Shown here piece by piece: positions 11,101-26,100 of a stretch of 64,000 bases of DNA. The DNA lies in the NCBI GenBank assembly GCA_040954595.2, contig CM082598.2, positions 5,409,097-5,473,096 of the forward strand, in the 5' to 3' direction. The notes below the pieces were generated by a model that was not told the DNA's origin, made no database searches, and worked only from the letters and a program-made list of their open reading frames with translations. Origin of the DNA: Balanoglossus misakiensis. Taxonomy: Eukaryota; Animalia; Hemichordata. Each line of letters opens with the position of its first letter. The stretch's first letter is position 1. The translations under genes and the position numbers were made by a program.

Positions 11101-14100
11101 TGTGTAATTAATCTGTTTGTTTACTCTGCACCAATCCAAAAGCTTACAAACTTTTCAAACCAACTTTATATCTGTGTTTTTTATAAAAGAGGTGTCTCGT
11201 CCATTTTCGGTGATTTGAAACATCGGACTGAAAGCTACAAACTTTTCAAACCAAGTTATTTGTATTTTTCTATATAAGAAGTGCCTCGTCCAGTTTCGGT
11301 GATTTGAAACATCGGACTGAAAGCCTACAAACTTTTCAAACCAACTCAATGTGGTGTAATGAAAGAACTAGAAACCCTGTTCCTTTCATTCTGAAATCAC
11401 TCCAGCATAAACACAAACAGCTACAAACACACAATGACTTACTCAGTAGTGACGGAGGATGTTTTGCATAGATGGCTGGAGAGAGCTGATGATCCAACTG
11501 TAAACCATTCTTCAACTTTTCAAGATCGCTGGCATCAGAGTTGATAGCAGTCTGCAACAAAAAATACCCAGAACAAAATCCATGTTGAATGAGAACAAAA
11601 CATGTCTGTAGTGTTACCCTAACTGGTGTGCTGGCAATGCCTCCAATGTTCTGTTTGGTATAGTTACAGGTTTTTTCCACCATAAAATACTTCAAATCTA
11701 TTCCCTATCCTCTAAAATCCTCACCATTAAGCCATATTACTTGTATTTGCATCAGTTTGTCATCTCTTGGCGACGCATACCACGATAGCTGCGTATTGTT
11801 TGTATGGAGGCTGATTAAATCAGTGCGGCACCATTTTAATACATAGTGTTTTCAAATTGCAACATGCAGTCACAATCGGGCGTCGATGAGATGTTCATGT
11901 ATACCTTTTTACAATTTAAATTGGAAAATAAAATCATGAAAATAACGCAAAAAGTGGCAGCTCTAGAGGCTTTAACAAAGTTTATCTCAAGATAGAGCGT
12001 GGTGACCATCCAATTTTATTCGACCAATGAATTTATTTCTACTTGACTGAGCTATGTGTAAAATTTCATGACAATATAGTAAAAGTGAGTTTATCAGTAA
12101 TCTCAATGAAATCCTATGGTAAAAGACAAATTCGCACATATTTGCACAATTTACAGGTTTATGTTCTGCAAGTACATCATTAAGTACCACCTGAAGGGCA
12201 TCTGCCCATATGTACTTCATCAAAGTTGACCCGATGTCACAAAAGTCCCAAGCAGAAGAGAGTCAGGCAATATTTATTAGTTACTGAAACTGATTCAGAA
12301 GTAAGAGTTATGTATACCAGTGCCTCCTGAGATATGGCTACATGTACTAAGCAGTCTTGCGAGAAGTGTATTTAATATTGTGTGTTTCAACTGTGACTTT
12401 AGTAGTACTGTAAAACACTTTATTTTCGCGAGTCAAAATTTTAGCGATATCGTTAGAGGCCACTGTTTCGCGAGTATTAATTTTCGCGTTCTCTTATTTC
12501 ATTCACTGCATCGTTATCTTCAAAAAAATTTACGCGACTTTTTACTTTCACGCTATTTTGGCTCTCGCGTATTTTGCGAAAATTGATTGCTCGCGAAAAT
12601 CAAGTGTTTTACAGTATCAAGACACTACCATACTCTTTCTTTTGACAGTTCTAAATCTGATTGACAGGGGTTATTTCACATGTTGACATCATCATGAGAA
12701 TGTTGTAGGTCCCTGGGGGGCGCATGATACTATGACACTGATCCTATGAGGGTACACTAGTCATCTATACTTGTCTGGCTCAAATATACTTCTGTTCACC
12801 ATGCAAAAAATATGTCTTTTCAAATTGTACGGTTCTGTATTCTAAAAGTTCTAATGTACAGCAAATTATGAAAACCTAGCATTTTCTATTAATTATCCTT
12901 AGCAACTGTTGTTCAGTAATTTTCAATCCTCGCAAATTTTCTAATTGTATGGTTCTGTATTCTAAAAGTTCTCACGTACATTAAATTATGAAAACCTAGC
13001 ATTTTCTATTAATTTTAAAAATTATCCTTAGCAACTGTTGTTCAGTAATTTTCAATCCTCACAAATTTTCAAATTGTATGGTTCTGTATTCTAAAAGTTC
13101 TAATGTACAGCAAATTAATTAATGAAAACCTAGCATTTTCTATATTAATTTTAAAAATTATCCTTAGCAACTGTTGTTTAGTAATTTTCAATCCTCACAA
13201 GTGAGAAAAGTTATTTTATCACACACACTGGACACAGACCATTGCATGTGATAATTGTCAACAAAGCTATGTTAGCTGTATGCGCGAACTCACATCTTTG
13301 TAACACAAGTCACCCATAGTACACTTACACATGACTTCTATTTATTGATTCATTAAATGGAATGTCTTACATTACATTAGGTGTCTGAACCTATTTACTC
13401 TGGCATTTACTGCAACGTACAGACTGAATAAACAATTCAGCCTAATGATTATTTTTAGAATTAAATATGCGCAAAATGTGTGTACCCATATGTCTGGGAA
13501 AAAGTTGTTGTTTGGTTTCAAATTATTAATATATTGTAGTATGTTTTTATAAAATCAAGATAGCACACATTACCTGCACCATAACTATGCATTAATTACT
13601 GGACGTAAAGATGATAATATCAGTTTCTTTCTGTTTGAGACATTATTACTAGTTCACCTTAACAAGTCATCAACATATCTGTGGAGCCTATCCAACCAGT
13701 AGCATCCCTGTGGTCTTATACAGATATCAAAGTGATTTCTTATATAAACTATCAATATACACATGATGACTGACAATGAGGGCAACAGTGTATTTTGATG
13801 ACCGAGGGTGCTGCTAGTCACAACTAAAACAGTCTTGTTTTCCCGAGGGCATAGCCCGAGGGAAAACAGACTGTTTTGGCGTGACTGGCAGTCCCGAGGT
13901 CATCAAAAATACACTGTTGCCCGAATATGTCAGTCATCATGTGTTTTATAACACACCAAACACGACACACACCAAATCCAGGCAACAGTACCGAAACCAA
14001 TCGAACTGATGCCCTAGGGAACAGTTCAAAATGACTAAGGTCACGTGATGACGTATTGACGAATCACGATCGAGGGTTCGCTGCATGGTGTGTTATACAT

Positions 14101-17100
14101 GTAATGTATTCTGATTAGAAAATGAATGTCACTGGTTATCTGCTGTAAACCACCAATTGTACAGCATTGACAACTGTTTCTTACCTGTTTATACTCTGAG
14201 AGTTCCTTTTGTAATTTCTGAAGTTCAAAATTCACAGCCTCCTGCACTGATTGGCCTGTCACAGTACTCTACAAAACAAACAGATGAAAACAATATAAAA
14301 TACCTACTGTGTTTCATCCAATATGGCAGCAATAGAAGGGAAATGTTCCCCTTAAAGGGAGAAAGTCTCTCTCGCTGCCCTTTTTGCAATTTATTATGTT
14401 TGATACAAGACAGTGCTTATGTTATTTTACATGTTGATATATAGTTCGACCACACACAACTTCCATCCCTAGTGCAGATATGAAAGTAAAGAACTCACCA
14501 AAATGAATAATCAGTGTTTACTGTTTAAAAATCGAGCATGAACTTACATGTACATGTCTGGTAAACATAAACGTGCTCACCCATAACTCACTTTGTTTCC
14601 AAAACTAAGCAAAGCAGACAAAATATGGCTAGTCTTACGACCACAGGCAAACTAGATTAATTTTACTGCAGTGAGTACAACTTTTAAATCAATCACATAA
14701 TGACCAAAAAACATCAGATTAAGGGGTTCTATGGGGTCAATGCCTGGAAACTCTGTACATACTAATGGGTTAATTGAACTGTGTCCTGGATCAACCAGGC
14801 ACTCTGCACTGAAAGTCAATCATGGCTGAGCGTCAACAACTTCCTTACAAATCTCTGTTTTGTGTGACAGTTAATTGTAGAGCTAAACTAAACACTGTGA
14901 CACAAAAGAACACACGCAGAGATCAAGCGTACTGTGTGCTATAAACAAGACTTGTTAGAGAGAGTGTATGTTTTCCCAGGGCTTTCATGTTCACTGTGGG
15001 TCTCAAACCAGACTGATACGCTAGTGATAGTGCTACACCAGTGCTGGGCCTGGAAACCAATGTGGACACGCTAAATTGGCCATGGGCTGACTTAGTTTGG
15101 TCCTGGTAGGAAGGCGGGACCTGAGGGCCAGCATAAAATCTGGGCCGACTGAACTTCGCATATGTGGTCACGTTCACAGCAATATGTCGGCCTAGTTGAT
15201 CCTTCACATGAAGTGCCACACACTGGTTATGTCTCAACGGGTCGACTGATGTGAACGGGACACACATCTTCAAATCTACATGGGCGTTACACAGGCACAA
15301 GTTTTATGCCACCCCAAAATAACCAATGAGGACGTATTACATCAGACAAGCATCGGCCCAGTTTAATACAGAGAGAGGATGGGGATTTAGGTCTGTAGTA
15401 ATATCTGGTCCGATTAAATTTGATGTCACATGTTGATGCATAACGCCAGCCTTATACCCAGTCGACAAAAGTTTTCAGTCCAGTCTTTATCAATTCCATA
15501 TACCGAGAACTATACTTTCCCACCAACTTTGCCCTGGAATATTCATGACTTAAAAATTAAGGATCTTTTGAATTGAATTGCCCCCCCCCCCCCCCCCCCC
15601 ATATTTTCTAGTGGTGTTGGTTAGCATTGGGATAAGGGTTAGCGTAAGGGCACAGCCCCTCGGGACACTGGTTAGGGTTATAACTGCATTTAAAATGACA
15701 AAAGTGATTTTTTTTCGGCATCCAGTAAAAATTTTCTGAGTATGTTTATACTTTAGAACCACCAGACACGTAACATGTATCAGGCATGGTGTCTCATCAG
15801 CCTCATGGCATTTCGTCTGCACAGTCTTTGTCTGCACCACGTTGCTGAAGTTGCCCGTCAGCTGGAAATTTGAATGCGAACATAACTTCGCCTGAGCGCG
15901 TCTGACGTCATTTGATATCAAAGAATTGTACACCTGCCTAATCTGATTTGTCTGTTTGAAGAACCATCACACACATAAGACCAGACAGTAGAATTGTGAC
16001 TTTGCAGACACCTCACATGACTTTGTTTGATTTAAGTATGTTAACATATCTACCACTAAGTGCACTTGTGATACATAGAACTCCGGTAAAGATAAAAGTT
16101 GTGTTTTGAAACAAATGTCTTATTTGTTGTTATGGCACCAAACTTCCACAGTCGTTAGTCAAGTGAAGGTGAAAAATCCACAACATTTGTCAACAATTTC
16201 CTACAGAAGATGCCTCTATTAGAACACTCTATTGTGATTGCTCGTCTCTGTGAATCTCAAGTCATCGTTTTTCACATCATCATCTTCATCATCATCATCT
16301 TCATCATCATCATCATCCAAAGAGACAATGACTTAAATTCATCAGTCAAATAAAATCGAATGGTTACCGCACTCTATTTTGAGATAAATTTCGTTTACTT
16401 ATATGCCCATAGACAAACCATTGGTGAAAAATGTTGAGCAAGCAGTTTTCTTCAATTATCAACTAAATTCGTTGCCTTATATTTCGAAAACAAGCGCGTT
16501 GACCCCTATATTTTATTACAGATTTTCATTATACATACAAATAAGAAACCAAAAATCCATTATTAAAAGAAATGACAATACATTTTGTTTCAAGGCTGTC
16601 AACACATAGTGAAAAAGGCCAGGTATCAAGTCATTCATGTCATTAGACATTCTCTGTAGTCTACACTACCTTCAGGCGTCTCTTTCAAGACATTCAAATA
16701 TTAAGAATCATGACATGTCAAATTTTCTAGAGAGCATGTGTAGGATAGTTATTGCTTCTCTCCACATGTACATTAACATTAACTGTGTCTTGTATGAAAC
16801 ATATATAATGGAAAAAGGTCAGCGAGAGAGAGACTTTGTCCCTTTAAACTGTTTAAAGGGATTATAAAATCTGTATTGTGGAACTATGATTTTCATTTTG
16901 ACTGATTTTACCTTGTTCACAGTGTTGGTATTGTTATTAGACTTTCCAGGTTAATTTAGGATTATTGATAGAAAGTATAAAATGATTATATTAGTGACCA
17001 CATTTCATTTTCACAATAATTTTAACAGTTCCCCCAATATGAATTTATTTTTTTCCTACATTTAAGCTTCAGTATAACATGCTATATGACTTGAAAAACC

Positions 17101-20100
17101 AATTGCAAAATACAGCCATTTCACTTACTTGCAACTCATCCTTGAAAACAGTTGTGTAATGAGAATCTCTTTGGTAAAAGACCTTCAAAAACCCAGCATG
17201 CATGTACCACCAGTACATCTAACACACAGAACTTAATAGGACACATAACACATAGGTATCTGTTTCAACTAGACTGAGTAGGTAAATACACCAGAATACC
17301 TGCAAATCCATTATGTAAACAACGCACATACCAACTGGATGTTTAATGATTCTATACACCCTAACCCTTGTACACATGTAGACAGCTCATTAGTTGCAGG
17401 AAAATTCTATCAATTCTTTGATCAGATTTTGTGTTGTAAGATAATTTCATTTTAAGACAATTTTCAGTATTTGTGTTATGAGCATGGCAACTGCAATTTC
17501 TTGTTTCACTCCTTACAGCATGTTAAAATGGCTTTATTCAGCTTGTCAACATGTATTCCAACTGAATTCAAATCTGGACTTCATTTAATGTTCAACAACA
17601 ACAACAACAATGCTGACTGAGCTGAAGAAGGCTGGCTTGACAGTCTAAGACATTTGGCATTTAATAATTTGAGAACCAAATAAGATAAAACACAAACAAA
17701 ACAGTAGGAAATAGCCAAAAGTTGAATTAATCCTCCATTTCGCATTCACTTTTTTACAGAGTGTGGAAAGTGGATATTTGTATCACAGTATTGCGTTAGT
17801 TTCTGCCAGAGATGAAGTTCCCTGATTCTTGAATCTATCTAAGCCATACTTTTTCCATATTTTTCCACCATTTCAAATGTTCAAGAAATAGCACGATTAC
17901 TTTCTTTTTCTTGGAATGACAATAATGTAAGGTGTACATAATTAGGCAATTTTGTTTATATTTTTCCAAGCCCGTACAACCTTAGATCATGACAAGAAAC
18001 AAAACATGGTTAATAGGTGTCACATATCATAAGAATGTACAAGAATGTAATAGCATTGATACAGAAGACATTCTCATTGGTTGATACTCGTACAAACTGA
18101 TACATTATACTCCTATGAGGTTACAATAGTAAAAACACATAATTCATAATGCTTGGTGCTGCACTTTAGTATAAATTTAGTATAAATGTTGTGTACATTC
18201 AGTGTCAGATAAGCAATCATTATACAGAATTCTTAATATTGGTTTATTTATGATAGTGCATTAAGTGTAAGTTTACTTTTGTTTATGTTTATATACTTTA
18301 TTTTCGCGAGTTGAAATTTCCGCTATATCGAGAGTGGCCACTGTTTCGCGAGTATTAATTATCGAGTTCTCTTATTTCATTCACTGCATCGTTATCTTCA
18401 AAAACATTTACCCGACTTTTTATTTTCACGCTATTTTGGCTCTCGCGTATTTCACGAAAATTTATTACTCGCGAAAATAGTGTTTTGCAGTATCCATATT
18501 TTCACAGTTTAATACAAATACCCAAATCATCATAAATCAGTCACAATGAAAGATGTGGAAATACCAAGAACAGGAACTACAGATATTGCAATTAAATAAT
18601 AGCCTAGCTGCTTTCCCCCCTTTCACCACTATGGTTTGACCCAACTCCATTGTTTCCTATGGTAAAAGTTGAACCTCTATATGAGGGAACTGGGGATGAA
18701 AGGGTTAATTTCAAATTGGTCAGGATACAGTAGAATCTCTCTGGAGAAGACACCAAAGTATTCACTAAGTGAAAGATTTAAAAAAAAATAAACATTACGC
18801 AACTGTATGTTGTTCAACATTTACATATATCTGCTTGGAGGGAGTTTCTTTATAGCTTCAAAGCAAAGTTTAAATCCACAAAACAAACTAACATGCTTCA
18901 ATGATCTGGTTAAGTGGCTCCAATCCAAGCAAGTATTAGAACACGCTCGCCTGCTTAGCACGGCTATGATTTACAGGGATATATTAATACACAAGAGATT
19001 TCCTTCGATTAAGATTGAATACTTGACATACAGGGCAGACAGATCAATCTCTAAGCACTACATGATAAGATCAGTTTCAAATCTCCTAGGAACTGCACAA
19101 TTGCCTATACAGGTTAACCCCTGAGACAGCCAATTTGTCAAGAAAGTCATTCAGACAATCTGACACTTACATAACACAATGCAACAGGATAAGAAAATGC
19201 AACTCACAACTCCAAGTGACAAAGTTTTACAACGTTGGTGCGATTAAAGGTATACGGTCACCTATGGAAAATGAGCTATAGTTACCATGGCAAATTGAGA
19301 TCTAGCCAATCACAGATTTTCAGTGGGTGGCACATGTGAAAAAAACACCACCACCATATGTTCTTTAGAATGCACAAATACGCCATTTCAGACATATATG
19401 GACATATGTAAATTGGAGGTGACTGTATACCTTGAAAAGGCCACCACTTCAACCAGAGAAGTTGTTGGTCATGTGAGTAAAGCCACCAAATCAACCCCAG
19501 CCAAAGACATGCACTATCAATTCTCAGAACAATAGTAAATGACACACTAGCCCAGTTAGACTTATTCACAGTGCAAACTCCATTCAGTCAACTTTGACTC
19601 CAACATTTCCAAGCGTCACAGACAGGATTTTACGTTACGCTACACGACTTCACGTTTCAGAGCAGAATGAAACAAAATCTTCCGGACAGATTGATGTGTA
19701 ATTGTATGTGACTTACCCAAATTTGCAAGACAAATCGTCAGCTAATCCGTTATGGTAAAAAAGCGTGAGTCGTACAGTACAGCATGTCTTGCAGACATAA
19801 TGAATGAACACTGTAAACATTTTCCCACACACAAACTTCCATAAACTGTACTATTGTGAGATAGGGGTGTACAGCATCCATTGTGAGGGACAACTCTGTC
19901 AATGTACTTGCACAAAATGACAGTGTAAAACATTTGGCTTCCACAGCCTCCATACAAACAGTACACAGCTATCGTGGTATGTGTCGCCAAGAGATGACAA
20001 AATGATGCCAATAGGGCATAATGTTGAGGTTTTTCAAGGATAGGGAATAGATTTGAAGTCATTTTTGTGGAAAAAATATGTGAAATTTGGCAGCTCTAGA

Positions 20101-23100
20101 GGCTTCAAGAAATCAATGGCTAAACAAGAACAGTTGGTCAGCTGTATATCATCTCGTCTTTACGAGCTTTGACATGACTACATTGTACATGACCTAGCCT
20201 CACAAGTTGTGACCACTCACTGAATGGGGTCACAAAATCTCGTTTTCACTGTAGGAATCTCAATATTAATGACAAGTTTCAGATCTAAGCATCTGCCATT
20301 CTTATTTATTTCAGATTAAGCTTGACCACAAAATAACTTGACTGGGAGACTTTTGACCGTCCTAATTCAGAGAGAGAGAGGGAGATCGAGATAGCCACAT
20401 TGTCCTCTTGAGAACGCTTGGATGACTACTGACTGGCTATATATATGCATCATACCATACAAGGCCAAGAGAGCGCCTGCTAGAAAGCCCATAGACACTG
20501 TAGCAGCAACAAGGAACGTCAAAGACTCAACTGTCAGAAATCACATCACGGCAGATGAACTACCTTTCTCACTCTCCTGGCACGCTAGGAGTGCGAGAAC
20601 AGAGTGTGAGAACAAATCGATCCCACACTCTTACCGATCCCACACTCTTATTTAATCGGAAGCTGTACCATATATGACGCGAGGATATATATTTCTCACA
20701 ACTCGTGTGAGAAATGTGATGCCAGGTCCTCGGGAGTGTGGGATTCTATTAATCTGTCATTTCAGAGAAAACTCTGACTTGAGATGAAATTTTGATTCCC
20801 TATAGCAACACAGAGACATGTCTTACCTGATTGTCTGTTTCTTGATTTTGTTTCTCATCAGGTAGCAGTTGTAGAATGTTTCCCAGTTCAGTTTTATGAC
20901 TCTCTTGTAACTCCTTAGTCTTTTGTTTTTCTTTGCGCAAGTCTTGTTTAGTTTTCAGTAACTGTTCTCCAACAACTGCTGCTTTGTCTACAGATGAAAA
21001 AAAAAATTAATATTATACTGTAAAACAGGTTATTTTCACGACAGGAAATTTTCACGATATCGCAAGAGGCAACTGTTATGCAAGGATTTATTTTCGCATT
21101 CTCTTATTTCATTTACTGCATCGTTATCTCAGAAAAACATTTTACACAACTTTTATTTTCATGTTTTTTGGGCTTTCGCGTATTTCGCGAAAATTTATTG
21201 CTCGCGAAAATGATCCGTTTTACAGTGTACTCCGGGGACAGATTTCAGAGGGCAAATTATCAGTCATTCAAACCAATCCACTTCTACTAAAACTACATGG
21301 GGATTTTCATATTACAAACACTTTTGTCAACTCACAACATAGATACTTTGGTACCATTTATTTGACAAAATTGTTACTCTCATAGCTTACAAACGGGATG
21401 GAAGTTGCATATGGTCGAACGTTGTTTTATTATATATCCACATGTAGAATAACACAAACAGTGTCTTGTATTGAACATAATTAATGTAAAAGGGGTAGCG
21501 AGAGAGAGACTTTGTCCCTTTAACTTACTGTAATTGTCTTGTGCAGATTCTTCACTTTCTCTCAAGGTCCTGAAACAAATAATCAAGATTAGTTAGATCA
21601 AACAATTTTTAAAAATTCATCACAAGTGGGGCAATAGAATAAAATTGTAAGTAAGTAGAGTGTATAGAATAAACTGAACTCATTCATGAAATCTAAGCAA
21701 TAGCTGAATAATAAAATCTGAAGTATATAGCTTCTCAAATGACTTACTCTTTGAGTTGTTCCAGTTCTGTTTCTAACTGAGATCTGGATTGTAGCTGTCT
21801 TTCTAGAGCAGTGGTCAGTATCTTGGCTTCTTCTCTCACAGACTCCAATTCATTGTATGTGTCTGTCAGCTGCAATTGACAAAACATTTCGATGAATACA
21901 AAATACTGCTTTCATCAAATCACACAGGCATCATGGGTTTTTCTGCAGACGTTAAAACATACTGCAGTCTATCTACTGTAAAACGGGTTATTTTTATGAA
22001 CAATAAATTTTCGTGAAATACGGAAGAGCCAAAAATACTCGAAAGTAACAGCAACATTAAAGAGACTACCATGGCAATAGCTTAGCATTCAAGGGAACTC
22101 CCAAAAGGAGCCCAACCTTCACCACAAGAGGGCACACTTTCACTGGTGCATTTAACACACTTTCAATGACATTTTTTTGTCTCTTTCATGTGCAAAGAAT
22201 GATATTAACACAGTCCCTTCACACACGTGTGTGGAGGGACAGTGATATTAACATTTCCTGCATAAGTTTTGCTAAACATACAAACAATCCTCTGCATTCA
22301 TTAAAGGGACAAAGTATCCCTCTCAGTGCCCTTTTTCCATTAATTACGTTTGATACAAGACACCGTTTATGTTATTCTACATGTGGATATATAGTGAATC
22401 AACGTTCGACCACACACAACTTCCATCCCGTTTGTAGGATTTGAGAGTAAAAATCTCGCCAAAATGAATAAATGGTAAATACCGATTATTGATTTTGGCG
22501 ATTTTTTCACTCTCGTGTCTGCAAGTGGGATGGAAGTAATATGTGTGATTGAATGTTGATTTAATAATATATATTCACATGAACATTAACATAAACGGTG
22601 TCTTGTATCAAACGTAATAGATGGAAAAAGAGCAACAAGAGAGAGACTTTGTCCCTTTAACTCTTCAGATTTAAAAAAAAAAAAATTCTGAAACACCGTA
22701 GACAACAATGGGAATTATACTATTGTGAACTTGAAGACCAAAGACAAGATTTCCACTGTTTTCATGCATGCACCTGCATATACTTTCATGTTTAAACAAC
22801 GCAAAGCAATCCTGTAATAATCTGAAAAATTTACCCACACACCTTGCTTTGGAGATCTTGAACTTTGACCTGTTCCCCGGTCAATGACTGTTTCAACCGT
22901 TCCTGGATTTCAATATTGCTTTCTACTTCGCTCTGAGATAAATTGTGCAAAAGTTTGATGGCTTCTTCATGTTTCTGGTGTATCCGACGATTTTCATCTG
23001 TCACAAAAAACAACAAGGGTTCAATTATTCTGCGTAAGCCTAATCTTTCAAATACATTAAAACTTGTCTTATTTGAAAACTTGCATGTGCATTGTGCACT

Positions 23101-26100
23101 AAATACAAATATTTTTGTCGATTTAATTTGGCTAGGTATCTGAAAGAATAACGATTTTATGAGATAAAATGAAGTACATATACAAATAGTTGTAACAGTA
23201 CCAACAAAAACATAATTGGTAAACACCGATCATTCATTTTGGCAGGTTTTTTAATCTCAAATCGTACAAACGGGATGGAAGTTGTGTGTGGTCGAACGTT
23301 GTTTCACTATATATCCTCATGCAGAATTACATAAACAGTGTTTTGTATCAAACATAATTAATGGAAAGGGGCAGGGAGAGAGGGAGACTTTAAGGGCAAC
23401 TCCCACCTGCACCAAAAAAAGTGATCACATCTAAACACGCACACGCATGTGCACATACATAAATATAGTGAAGTCACTTTTACCTCTGAGTTGTCTGACT
23501 TCTTTAGAAAGCCTGCCAGCTTTCTTATCTGAATCCTTCTTCATCTCAGCCAAACTCTTGACTTTGTCTACAAAGAACTCCACGTTTTGCTCAACATCTT
23601 CTTTCAATTTCTAAGTTGAAAGAAAGACAGTCTGTTGTTTTCTGGATAATTACTTGTAGACACGAGAGTGAAAAACTCGCCAAAATGAATAATCAGTCTT
23701 TAACGTTTATTCATTATGGCGAGATTTTTACTCTCATCTCCTACAAATGGGATGGAAGTTATGTGTGGTTGAATGTTGTTCACTATATATCCACATGTAG
23801 AATAACATGAACGGTGTCTTGTATCAAACATAATTAATGGAAAAAGGGCAGTGAGAGAGAGACTTTGTCCCTTTAAAACAGAACATAAACAGGCACTTTA
23901 GCTACACACTTATATAAGGTATATTAAATCACACCTGATCACATGGTTGAAAAGAAACACAAAACATTCATGTACACCATTGTTTTTGGCGAAAATATTC
24001 ATATATTTATATGAAAATCAGATAAATATCTGTATACTGTAAAACACTTTATTTTCGCAAGCAATAAATTTTCGCGAAATACGCGAGAGCCAAAATAGCG
24101 TGAAAATAAAAAGTCGCGTAAATCTTTTTTGAAGATAATGATGCTGTAAATGAAATAAGAGAACGCGAAAATTAATACTCTCGAAACAGTGGCCTCTCTT
24201 GATATTGCGAAAATTTTTGACTTGCGAAAATAAAGTGTTTTACAGTATCAAATAGGATATTTACCTCAGGTGTTGGCAAGTTGTCGTCACTGAGGTCTTT
24301 AGACGAAAGTTTACTGAGCTGTTGGAGAATGAATTCCTTCTTCCTTTGGAAGTCTGATGATATCTGTGTAGCAATCTGACTGAACTTGTCCATTGACATT
24401 GACACTGAAGATGTTGACATGATGTCAGAACCAATGGTGTCTTCCAGAAGATCATTGCCACACAAAGGAGATGGTAGGTTATTGTCAGCTGACACCTACA
24501 AAAAAAACCAGAGGTGAGTCTCCATAACACGCTAAGAATATTTCCTGTGTACGCGCAGAACATAAACTGATAAACACATAGCTCAGTCAAGTAAATTTAA
24601 ATTTATTGGTCAAATAGAATCGTGTGGTCACCGCACTCTATTTTGAGATAAACTTCGCCAAATAACAAACAATTGGTAAAAAATGCTGAGTCAGCAGTTT
24701 TCTTCTATTATCGACTAAATTCATGGCTCTGCATTTCAAAAACAAGCACGGTGACCCGTTTATTTTATTATGGATTTTCATTACCCATACATAGGATAAT
24801 CCAAAAATCAGCAATTCAAAGAAATGGCAATACATTCAATTTAACTGAACGTACATCCTTAAAAAGTCCCAAACTTTAGTAACTTACCAAGGAATGCAAT
24901 TCAGAATGCAGTGAAAGATCTCTTCGAAACGGTGTACTTGTAATGATGGGTGAGATGACTTCCTCTGCCTGTACTTTCACTTCATTCTCTTCTTCCAACT
25001 GTGCTTCTTTTTCTGCATGGTATCCAGCGATTTCTTGTTTGGCTTCTGTCAGCTGATTCTCCAATTCTATCTTCTCCGATTTTAAATCCTGTTTGAAAAA
25101 AAAAAAAAAAAAACTATTCATCTCTCTATATCTAGATCCTACTATCAGTAAAACACCAGCCTGTTTCTATAAACACCAAGTTGTCACTAGGGCTTTGGCA
25201 AGATGTTTTGAAATTGTATTTCTCACACTCCTGGCACGCGGGGAGTGTGAGAACAGAGTGTGAGAACAATTTGTTCTCACACTCTCACTGAATCGAAAGC
25301 TGTATATGACGCGAGCGCTGATTGGTTGACAAAGCGTTCTTTTGCTACGCGTGCTAAAAGTTATCCAATGGCGCGATGTGTATTACGGGGACAGAGACTA
25401 CAACGTGCCAGACGACAGTTCCAGAGTCATTTATTCAATGTTTTTAACGAATTTGGCTAATTTGTGACTGTGTGAGAAAAATAATTTCTCCAAATTATTA
25501 TGGGGGTCACACAGGGACTATTAAGACATTTCTGAAACGTCTCAGATCAAATACCGTCATTCACAGCCATAAGTTCATAAACTAGCAAAGTGACCCTTAA
25601 ATTTTTTATCATAGAATTTTCCAACACTAACAACTGAGATTTTAAAAAATCAACCATTAAAACCAACAGCACTTTGATGTATCAACATTTCACATTTCTC
25701 ATTAATTATGGCTACAAGTTTGAGACAAAATACTTGAGATATAGTATGAAAAGAAATATTCCCACAGCAAAATGCAATAACTCACATATCCATAAATGGT
25801 CCAGACAAATTAATAACATCTCATACAGTATTATCAAATGGTCATAAAAGGCTGATTGAACACAGAAGAGAATTAATCCGATTTCAGATTTAATACTGGC
25901 TGGCAATAATGACAGAGGAACGATTGTAAAGGTGCCTTTTATATATCTAGATGAAATTCTGCAAGCTCATTCTGTTCATTCCATAGTGTGATATGAGACA
26001 GGATTAGGACGACACATTTTGACCTTGTTCAACTTTGGAAGTTTCTTTGTGGCATGTTAATTCTTAAACAGAGCTAAAGGATTGAATTTCAATTTAATAC

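Noticed and set aside
22166-22444. Recurrent short ORFs with LKGQSLSL...CYSTCGYIV, YCKTLYFRE or KLEVTVYL motifs
   Set aside because: Translations of MITE families A, B and C; no transposase motifs.
22835-22842. Alternative donor GG|gtaaat for exon 14
   Set aside because: It would leave phase 2 and break the frame with exon 15.
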